Sequence record: PP355766.1
Length of the DNA stretch: 64,000 nucleotides
Reading direction: 5' to 3' (one strand)
The notes under the pieces were generated by a model. It was not told the origin of the DNA. It did not search any database and saw nothing but the letters and a program-made list of their open reading frames with translations. The position numbers and the translations under genes were made by a program. Of the stretch, positions 1 through 5,569 are shown piece by piece (positions within the stretch are counted from its first letter, which is position 1; every line of letters begins with the position of its first letter).

Positions 1-151
1 CCCTTGTGTCCGAGGATACCTCTAGACGGTCATATCTCTTAGCCCAGAGAGAAACTAGCTTTGGGTGTTTCGGGGTTACTCCTTCTCGGCTCTACTGTTA
101 ACCCTTATTCGAACTACATACCGAGTTATGAGCGTACTCACTAGTTTAAAT

Positions 152-228
152 TGGCGCGGCTAACGGGATTCGAACCCGTGGCTCCGACGTGACAGGCCGG
201 TATGTTGACCGCTGAACACCATAGCCGC
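152..228 (-). tRNA. tRNA-Asp(GUC)
   Basis: Cloverleaf: acceptor GCGGCUA/UAGCCGC, loop CU-GUC-AC, GGUUCGAAUCC T arm, encoded CCA. Confidence 0.95.
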
Positions 229-236
229 TTAATTTG

Positions 237-350
237 TTATTCCGGTTCGTATTCCATTAAGTCGTCTGACTCACAAGTTGGACACTCCCAATGGCATTCA
301 CTTAACTCACCACAATCGGAACAAATGTATAACTTAACTTCATCTTCCAT
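237..350 (-). CDS. 37-aa zinc-ribbon-like microprotein (MEDEVKLYICSDCGELSECHWECPTCESDDLMEYEPE)
   Basis: Below track cutoff; GAGG RBS, directly downstream of promoter 381-409, two CxxC pairs. Confidence 0.7.
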   Translation of the reverse strand: MEDEVKLYICSDCGELSECHWECPTCESDDLMEYEPE

Positions 351-380
351 TTGCTTTTCCTCTTTCGTTTCAATATAAAT

Positions 381-409
381 ATTATACTAAATTTCAGGGT
401 ACTAGGCAA
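381..409 (-). promoter_or_regulatory. T5-type sigma70 early promoter
   Basis: TTGCCT-17-TATAAT with A/T-rich UP element. Confidence 0.8.
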
Positions 410-421
410 ATGAATTTTTCA

Positions 422-637
422 TTAATCGTCTTCTTCGTCCCATGAGAGGGAGTGCATGAAGATCGGTAGAACTGTAGGTTCTACGTCAAGCGACGGGTAG
501 AAGTAAGTTTTACCTTGAGACAGGTCAATGAACGTAGGGGTTCTACCCTCCTGCATGTGTTCATCAACCTTGTCTAGGGCGTCGTTTAACAGTTCGAAGC
601 AGTCAGTATTCGCTCCGCAAACAACGATAAAATCCAT
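422..637 (-). CDS. hypothetical protein (71 aa)
   Basis: ORF coupled to the upstream ORF (stop and start share base 637). Confidence 0.7.
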   Translation of the reverse strand: MDFIVVCGANTDCFELLNDALDKVDEHMQEGRTPTFIDLSQGKTYFYPSLDVEPTVLPIFMHSLSWDEEDD

Positions 638-1011
638 TAACGACCCCCGTTCGGGAAACCGGAGGCAAGCAGGAAGCGAACAACGTCTTCCAGCGACGGG
701 CCTTCTCCATCTTCTTCCAGATGGAAAGGCAGAATAGCGTACTGCATGTCAGCTGGTGCTACCGGGGTGAAGGTAGGCTCTGCGGGAGCTTCTGCCATGA
801 ACACTGCGGTTCCGTCAACCAGACGATCGATCGCTTCACAGACTTCTAGCTGTTCTTCGATCTTGGCCTCGCGTTCGCGCATCAGAGCCAGCAGTTCAGT
901 GCGGTATTCTTCGATACGGCGGTCTAGAGACTCGATGTTATTGGACAGGTTATCCTGTACAATCATCAGGCGGACTACAGCAGAATTTCCATTAGTTGGT
1001 CGTGTAAACAT
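637..1011 (-). CDS. hypothetical coiled-coil protein (124 aa)
   Basis: GAGG RBS; heptad-like E/R/L-rich central region. Confidence 0.75.
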   Translation of the reverse strand: MFTRPTNGNSAVVRLMIVQDNLSNNIESLDRRIEEYRTELLALMREREAKIEEQLEVCEAIDRLVDGTAVFMAEAPAEPTFTPVAPADMQYAILPFHLEEDGEGPSLEDVVRFLLASGFPNGGR

Positions 1012-1031
1012 GATATTTCCTCGATTGATTA

Positions 1032-1304
1032 TTAGATAAAGTCGCCGGTAGAGACTACCAGTTTAATGCTTTTACGGAAGATTTCGTGCATACCGTCGTG
1101 AACCATTACTGTCCCGACCAGTTTTGGAAGGTAGACTTCCACATCAATATTACCATATGGCATGGCGTGCTCGTCAGTAAGTTTAGTCCATAACTCCGGC
1201 TGAAGCTCGCAGTTATAGAACACCATCCATTCATGATCACCATCCCATCCGTCCCAGTTAAGAACCAGTGCGGATTCAATACCTGTTGCAGTAACCTTTG
1301 ACAT
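1032..1304 (-). CDS. hypothetical protein (90 aa)
   Basis: GAGGAG RBS, immediately downstream of promoter 1336-1364. Confidence 0.8.
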   Translation of the reverse strand: MSKVTATGIESALVLNWDGWDGDHEWMVFYNCELQPELWTKLTDEHAMPYGNIDVEVYLPKLVGTVMVHDGMHEIFRKSIKLVVSTGDFI

Positions 1305-1335
1305 TTGCTAACTCCTCTCGTTAATTTATGAATCT

Positions 1336-1364
1336 ATTATAGCAATTATAAGAGCGTTTAGCAA
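1336..1364 (-). promoter_or_regulatory. T5-type early promoter
   Basis: TTGCTA-17-TATAAT followed by AGATTCATAAATT (PN25-like initial transcribed sequence). Confidence 0.85.
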
Positions 1365-1381
1365 ATGAATTTTTGAATTAT

Positions 1382-1535
1382 CCGCTCCGAAGAGCGGTAA
1401 TCCAGGCTTGCAGCTGTTAGTTACACTTGGTTTGAAGTTGTCTAGGACATTAACTAGAGGTTGATGGCCTCCCCGTTTCTGCAACTAACATTTCACAGCT
1501 TCTCGGACGTTTGACGGCCCTGACCGAAGTCTCAC
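1382..1535 (-). ncRNA. candidate structured ncRNA 3' of tRNA-Val
   Basis: 11-bp helix 1415-1425/1480-1490 (G.U wobble on minus strand), internal hairpins, 3' CCGCUC-UUCG-GAGCGG hairpin. Confidence 0.5.
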
Positions 1536-1542
1536 TGTAAAT

Positions 1543-1618
1543 TGGTACTTGCTGCTGGTTTCGAACCAGCTACCCTCGCCGTGTAAAGACGATGCTCTCC
1601 CGATTGAGCTAAGCAAGT
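1543..1618 (-). tRNA. tRNA-Val(UAC)
   Basis: Cloverleaf, loop UU-UAC-AC, CCA. Confidence 0.95.
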
Positions 1619-1621
1619 ATT

Positions 1622-1698
1622 TGGTGGTCAATAGTGGATTCGAACCACTGTAGTCTCACGTATGAAGCGAGTGCATAAACCATCTCTGCCAACTGACC
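1622..1698 (-). tRNA. tRNA with CAU anticodon (Met or lysidine-Ile2)
   Basis: Cloverleaf, loop UU-CAU-AC, A73, CCA. Confidence 0.9.
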
Positions 1699-1703
1699 TT
1701 ATT

Positions 1704-1779
1704 TGGTACTCCGAACTGGACTCGAACCAGTGACCTAACGATTATCGGTCGTTTGCTCTACCAACTGAGCTATCGAAGC
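1704..1779 (-). tRNA. tRNA-Ile(GAU)
   Basis: Cloverleaf, loop CC-GAU-AA (C33), CCA. Confidence 0.9.
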
Positions 1780-1780
1780 A

Positions 1781-1939
1781 TTATTGTTCCTGCTGGCGGA
1801 CGCAGATTTCCTCGTCCGGGTGTATTTTAGCGATCCTAGCGTCTTCCTCGGCTTCATTGTAGGTGTCGTGAAAAGCCGGTGCCAAGAATACAATCTCTTT
1901 TGTGTGGGTATTAATTAGCATACCTTGATAGCGAGTCAT
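1781..1939 (-). CDS. hypothetical protein (52 aa, MTRYQGMLINTHTKEIVF...)
   Basis: ORF fills the gap between the upstream ORF and tRNA-Ile; GAGG RBS. Confidence 0.65.
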   Translation of the reverse strand: MTRYQGMLINTHTKEIVFLAPAFHDTYNEAEEDARIAKIHPDEEICVRQQEQ

Positions 1940-1946
1940 AGTTACC

Positions 1947-2138
1947 TCAACGTTTACCATTACGAGGTGCTCCGGGACGTTTAGCAGCCCTCAACATGGA
2001 GGCTTTAACCTTAGCTATGTTTTCGGGGGTACGGTCGCTAGGTTTTAGCGCGGCTGCACTACACCAGTTTTCGCCTTCCCAAAGGGTATATACTACTATA
2101 TCTGTATTATCGAACTTCTTTTGTGTGAAGTTAAACAT
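1947..2138 (-). CDS. hypothetical protein (63 aa, MFNFTQKKFD...)
   Basis: AGGAG RBS before ATG 2138; the longer track ORF overlaps tRNAs. Confidence 0.7.
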   Translation of the reverse strand: MFNFTQKKFDNTDIVVYTLWEGENWCSAAALKPSDRTPENIAKVKASMLRAAKRPGAPRNGKR

Positions 2139-2153
2139 ACCAGCTCCTAGAAT

Positions 2154-2230
2154 TGGATGCTCCGGCAAGATTCGAACTTGCGATCTCCAGCTTATGAGAC
2201 TGGCGAGGACGGCCTCTCCTCTACGGTGCA
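2154..2230 (-). tRNA. tRNA-Met(CAU), possibly initiator-type
   Basis: Loop CU-CAU-AA, A11-U24 pair, A4.A69 mismatch, U73, CCA. Confidence 0.8.
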
Positions 2231-2232
2231 AT

Positions 2233-2308
2233 TGGCAGGGGCAACAAGAATCGAACTTGTGACCTAAGGCTTCAGAGACCTCCGCTCTACCTACTGAGCT
2301 ATACCCCA
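2233..2308 (-). tRNA. tRNA-Gln(CUG)
   Basis: Loop CU-CUG-AA, U1.U72, G73, CCA. Confidence 0.9.
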
Positions 2309-2318
2309 ATTATGCGCA

Positions 2319-2431
2319 CTCTGCTGAGTACAACGTTGTGTCTAGGGCCAGAACATAAATGCTTGCATTTATGGGAGGCGGCTAGAAGAGGGATGTGACC
2401 CAGAGGGCTAACCTCGTCACTCCCAGCAGAG
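2319..2431 (-). ncRNA. candidate structured ncRNA between tRNA-Arg and tRNA-Gln
   Basis: Closing helix CUCUGCUG/CAGCAGAG; inner GUGAC/GUCAC and CAUAAAUG-CAAG-CAUUUAUG hairpins. Confidence 0.55.
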
Positions 2432-2437
2432 ATTTTA

Positions 2438-2512
2438 TGGTACACCATCGAGGAATCGAACCTCAACCATAGAGTTCGTAGCTCTATATTCTATCCATTA
2501 AACTAATGGTGC
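2438..2512 (-). tRNA. tRNA-Arg(ACG)
   Basis: Cloverleaf, loop CU-ACG-AA, CCA. Confidence 0.95.
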
Positions 2513-2519
2513 AGTAATC

Positions 2520-2596
2520 TGGAGGGATATCTTGGATTCGAACCAAGATAGACTCGATCCACAATCGAGGTCATTATCCAGTTATGATAATATCCC
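2520..2596 (-). tRNA. tRNA-His(GUG)
   Basis: Loop UU-GUG-GA, acceptor GGGAUAU/AUAUCCC, U73, CCA. Confidence 0.9.
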
Positions 2597-2599
2597 AAA

Positions 2600-2742
2600 T
2601 TTGAGCACCATCGAGGGCTGATCAGACCTCCACAGATAGAGTGCACATCGCACACATTATCCGGTTAGACCGCGTATTGGTACGTTGCACTTCGTGCAGC
2701 ATATTAATCCAATATGCGACTCATCGAACGATGATGCTCAAA
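2600..2742 (-). ncRNA. candidate ~143-nt rod-like ncRNA
   Basis: 14-bp terminal helix UUUGAGCAUCAUCG/CGAUGGUGCUCAAA with one U.G wobble, nested inner helices. Confidence 0.6.
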
Positions 2743-2744
2743 TT

Positions 2745-2845
2745 TGGTGGCCCTAAGAAACTCTTCCCACTCACAACTAGTTGATTACTTCTGGATTTTC
2801 GCCCAGAAAATTCTCTAGAAAGGGGCAACCGTTACTCGTCGGGCC
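2745..2845 (-). ncRNA. CCA-ended tRNA-like RNA lacking a normal anticodon or T loop
   Basis: Acceptor-like GGCCCGA/UAGGGCC followed by A-CCA; inner UUCUGG/CCAGAA hairpin. Confidence 0.6.
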
Positions 2846-2851
2846 ATTATT

Positions 2852-2939
2852 TGGAGGAAGATAATGGAGTCGAACCATCACCGATTGCTCAGTGGGCTGG
2901 TTTTCAAGACCAGTTGCGTACCACTACGCCCTATCTTCC
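2852..2939 (-). tRNA. tRNA-Ser(UGA)
   Basis: Loop CU-UGA-AA, long variable arm, CCA. Confidence 0.95.
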
Positions 2940-2946
2940 AATTATT

Positions 2947-3033
2947 TGGTAGGGATGGAGGGGGTCGAACCCACACGGATATTTCACCACTAGAACCTAA
3001 ATCTAGCGCGGCTGCCAATTTCGCCACATCCCC
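2947..3033 (-). tRNA. tRNA-Leu(UAG)
   Basis: Loop UU-UAG-GU, long variable arm, CCA. Confidence 0.95.
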
Positions 3034-3038
3034 ATTTA

Positions 3039-3200
3039 TTAGTTTTCTTTGATCAGACTTTTAATCTTCTCAAAGTTTTGGTCAGAAATACAGATACCTT
3101 CCAGGGCAAAAGAGGCTCTAGAACTTTCTAATACCATGTCTACCACAGCATCAAAATTTTCCTCTCTAAAGAAGTTTTCGCTTTCATTTGCCTTTTCCAT
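3039..3200 (-). CDS. 53-aa VbhA-like (Fic-inhibitor motif) microprotein
   Basis: MEKANESENFFREENFDAVVDMVLESSRASFALEGICISDQNFEKIKSLIKEN; SFALEG fits (S/T)xxxE(G/N); AGGGG RBS. Confidence 0.65.
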   Translation of the reverse strand: MEKANESENFFREENFDAVVDMVLESSRASFALEGICISDQNFEKIKSLIKEN

Positions 3201-3219
3201 ACGTACCCCTAACTTTAAT

Positions 3220-3298
3220 TGGTGGAGTCACAGAGATTCGAACTCTGCTGCTATCCTCGGTGCAAGCGAGGTGTCCACTCCTAGCAGACCCTGACCCC
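3220..3298 (-). tRNA. tRNA-Ala(UGC)
   Basis: Loop CU-UGC-AC, G3.U70, CCA. Confidence 0.95.
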
Positions 3299-3316
3299 AA
3301 TAATTTGTTAAGGCAA

Positions 3317-3501
3317 TTAATCCGGTGCGCGTAATACCCTGAGCAATTAGCCATGCAAGGATACCCGCTCTTCACAAATACGATACACTCTACGCTTACC
3401 AGGCGTTTCGGAGAGCCACTCCGCTATTCTTGCAAACCCTCAGTTCAATTACCGAGCAAGCTGCAAGCGTGTTTTTTGGTTCCGGCTCTGTATCAGATTA
3501 A
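3317..3501 (-). ncRNA. candidate structured leader or ncRNA (~185 nt)
   Basis: No credible ORF; closing UUAAUCUG/CCGGAUUAA, nested GAUACA/UGUAUC, AGAGCC/GGCUCU and CUUGCA/UGCAAG helices. Confidence 0.45.
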
Positions 3502-3523
3502 TTCCTTAACAAACTATATAAAT

Positions 3524-3552
3524 ATTATATCAATTTGTTAAGCATTTAGCAA
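3524..3552 (-). promoter_or_regulatory. T5-type early promoter
   Basis: TTGCTA-17-TATAAT. Confidence 0.85.
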
Positions 3553-3571
3553 CTGAATTTTTCAGTAAATT

Positions 3572-3648
3572 TGGTACTCCCGACGGGGTTCGAACCCGTG
3601 TTCCCACTGTGAAAGAGTGGTGTCCTAACCAGCTTAGACGACAGGAGC
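3572..3648 (-). tRNA. tRNA-Glu(UUC)
   Basis: Loop CU-UUC-AC, CCA. Confidence 0.95.
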
Positions 3649-3658
3649 ATTTTAAATT

Positions 3659-3734
3659 TGGCAAGGGAAGGAGGAGTTGAACCTACCGATCTCGGAGTCA
3701 AAGGCCGATGCCGTAACCACTTGGCTATTCCCTT
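3659..3734 (-). tRNA. tRNA-Gln(UUG)
   Basis: Loop CU-UUG-AC, G73, CCA. Confidence 0.9.
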
Positions 3735-3745
3735 TCAATATAAAT

Positions 3746-3774
3746 ATTATCTCAAATTCTAAAGCATTTAGCAA
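3746..3774 (-). promoter_or_regulatory. T5-type early promoter
   Basis: TTGCTA-17-GATAAT directly upstream of tRNA-Gln. Confidence 0.75.
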
Positions 3775-3828
3775 TTGAATTTTTCAAGTATTTTGGTAGT
3801 GACCCGGCAACGCAGGTCACTATGCAAA

Positions 3829-4323
3829 CTACTCGCCGTGGTCTACACGAATGAGCGGACAAAGTTTGTCCTTCTTGTAGATTCGCATCTTTTGGTAGAT
3901 GTTACCGAAGCGAAGCTCTTCATCGCGAGCATTATACTCTTTCTGTGCCCTTTCAAAGGATTTACTCGCGTTCCATTCCTGGATCCGATCCCCTATCTTA
4001 GCGCAGGCCCAGCCGATCCCAGTTATCGCCAGCAGAATCGCTACTATCGTAGATAGTCCTGCTAGACTTAACCCTACAAGCATGTACCAGGGAGTAATTC
4101 CCAGCTCAAAGGTGAGGCCCAAGAACGTAGATAAGATACTTCCCATCCCCAAGGAGAAGAGTACAGCAATAGCAGTTACGCCAATCTGTAGCAGGAAATA
4201 CCACACTGAGTGCCAAAATAGGCTACACAAGGTGACTCTGTTGTCGTTCAGCCGATAGGTGAAAGACGCGGAAGAGAAATTAAGCCACTTGTAGAAAAAA
4301 CCTTTACGTTTAATATTCAGCAT
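3829..4323 (-). CDS. membrane protein (164 aa)
   Basis: Two long hydrophobic segments. Confidence 0.8.
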   Translation of the reverse strand: MLNIKRKGFFYKWLNFSSASFTYRLNDNRVTLCSLFWHSVWYFLLQIGVTAIAVLFSLGMGSILSTFLGLTFELGITPWYMLVGLSLAGLSTIVAILLAITGIGWACAKIGDRIQEWNASKSFERAQKEYNARDEELRFGNIYQKMRIYKKDKLCPLIRVDHGE

Positions 4324-4333
4324 ATTTAGCCTA

Positions 4334-4543
4334 TTACTTGAGTTGATTGATTAGGAAAACTTGTAGCGCGATAATGAATGCGGCATAGGAGTCAGAGCCT
4401 TTACCACCTTCGTTCTCATTAACTTCTTTTAGTAGGGCTTCAAAAGCTGCTTTGTGACGCTCATAGTGCCCTCTAACTGTCGGGCCAGCATCCTCTAACA
4501 TGCCTAAAAGCATATAGTACTGGGTTTGTAATTGGGCGTCCAT
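4334..4543 (-). CDS. hypothetical protein (69 aa, MDAQLQTQYY...)
   Basis: TAATG coupling with the upstream ORF. Confidence 0.75.
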   Translation of the reverse strand: MDAQLQTQYYMLLGMLEDAGPTVRGHYERHKAAFEALLKEVNENEGGKGSDSYAAFIIALQVFLINQLK

Positions 4544-4740
4544 TAGTCCTCCCACACGATTTTAATCGAGAGAAGACGATTTACAGGAATGACCAGCATA
4601 GTCTCAGACCGTTTATTAAGGATTTCCAGGATATCCCCATCACGATGGAGCAGACGTTTAGGACTGATATCTGTTACTGTGGACTCTAGGACGATACCAC
4701 TGTCATCCACGAAGGATACGATTGCGTTTTTAGTAGACAT
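4543..4740 (-). CDS. hypothetical protein (65 aa)
   Basis: AGGAG RBS after the tRNA. Confidence 0.75.
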   Translation of the reverse strand: MSTKNAIVSFVDDSGIVLESTVTDISPKRLLHRDGDILEILNKRSETMLVIPVNRLLSIKIVWED

Positions 4741-4761
4741 TTTAGTCTCCTGTTATGAAAT

Positions 4762-4839
4762 TGGTGGCTCCCGGAGGATTCGAACCTGCCTACCTTCCGC
4801 TTATGAGGCGGGTGCTCATACCCAATGAGCTTGAGAACC
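4762..4839 (-). tRNA. tRNA with CAU anticodon (elongator Met or Ile2)
   Basis: Loop CU-CAU-AA, A73, CCA. Confidence 0.9.
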
Positions 4840-4843
4840 TGAG

Positions 4844-4863
4844 AAGGGCTATTTCTAGCCCTT
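4844..4863 (-). terminator. hairpin (terminator or processing site)
   Basis: AAGGGCUA-GAAA-UAGCCCUU between the ORF and the tRNA. Confidence 0.45.
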
Positions 4864-4869
4864 AGTTAT

Positions 4870-5163
4870 TTATACTGCTGCTTCATCTTCCGGGGTGCCT
4901 TCCACCGGAGGTTCTTCAGTAGGGGTATCCTCTACCGGAGTGTCTTCAGTTGGAGCATCTTCAACCGGCTCAGGATCTTTCACGAAGCCTGCTTCTTCAT
5001 CGGAGATCACATACAGATCCTGAATATCCTCTGTATTGATCATACGAGCTACGCTACCATCTTTATAGAAGACGGATTTAGTGCCCTCGTTGCGAGCCAT
5101 GTTCGCATCGATAATCAGCTCAGTGAGAACCCCTTTCTTTAAATATTCAATTTTGTAAGCCAT
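4870..5163 (-). CDS. hypothetical protein with acidic Pro/Glu/Asp/Thr 5-aa repeats
   Basis: GAGG RBS; PVEDA-PTEDT-PVEDT-PTEEP-PVEGT tail. Confidence 0.8.
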   Translation of the reverse strand: MAYKIEYLKKGVLTELIIDANMARNEGTKSVFYKDGSVARMINTEDIQDLYVISDEEAGFVKDPEPVEDAPTEDTPVEDTPTEEPPVEGTPEDEAAV

Positions 5164-5197
5164 TTTATCCTCTACTTTCTCTTTGATTTAAAGAACT

Positions 5198-5226
5198 ATT
5201 ATACAAAATTTCTGACAAAATTGCAA
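5198..5226 (-). promoter_or_regulatory. T5-type early promoter
   Basis: TTGCAA-17-TATAAT. Confidence 0.85.
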
Positions 5227-5314
5227 GAAAAATTTTGTAGAATCAATCTCAGTCTGCGCCCTGCGGGCTTTTTACCGCTGCCCACTAAATATTACGTGTG
5301 GGCAGCGATTAAAG

Positions 5315-5390
5315 TGGTACTCCCTACAGGATTCGAACCTGTGACCCACGGTTTAGAAGACCGTTGCTCTATCCTCTGAGCTAAGGAAGC
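5315..5390 (-). tRNA. tRNA-Arg(UCU)
   Basis: Loop CU-UCU-AA, CCA. Confidence 0.95.
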
Positions 5391-5391
5391 A

Positions 5392-5556
5392 TTAATAAAG
5401 TTTAAGTGTTTTGACAACCAGATCATGAACCTGTTCAGAATACCGGCCAACGCTCTTATGCAGCGACTCCTTAAATTCTAGAGTACGTCTAGCGATTAGC
5501 TGCTTCTGTTCAGGTGTCAGATTCGGTGGTGGACGTTCATAAGGTGGTGTACGCAT
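5392..5556 (-). CDS. hypothetical protein (54 aa, MRTPPYERPPPNLTPEQKQ...)
   Basis: AGGAG RBS; ends 1 nt before tRNA-Arg. Confidence 0.7.
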   Translation of the reverse strand: MRTPPYERPPPNLTPEQKQLIARRTLEFKESLHKSVGRYSEQVHDLVVKTLKLY

Positions 5557-5569
5557 GTTGGTCTCCTAA

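Noticed and set aside
1947-3541. Track ORFs overlapping tRNAs (5' extension of 1947-2309, 1996-2262, 2864-3052, 3049-3294, 3184-3375, 3353-3541)
   Set aside because: They run through or antisense to clear tRNA genes or structured spacers
5276-5307. Perfect 10-bp hairpin CGCTGCCCAC/GTGGGCAGCG after tRNA-Arg(UCU)
   Set aside because: Adequately explained as a terminator or processing stem; no further structure supported
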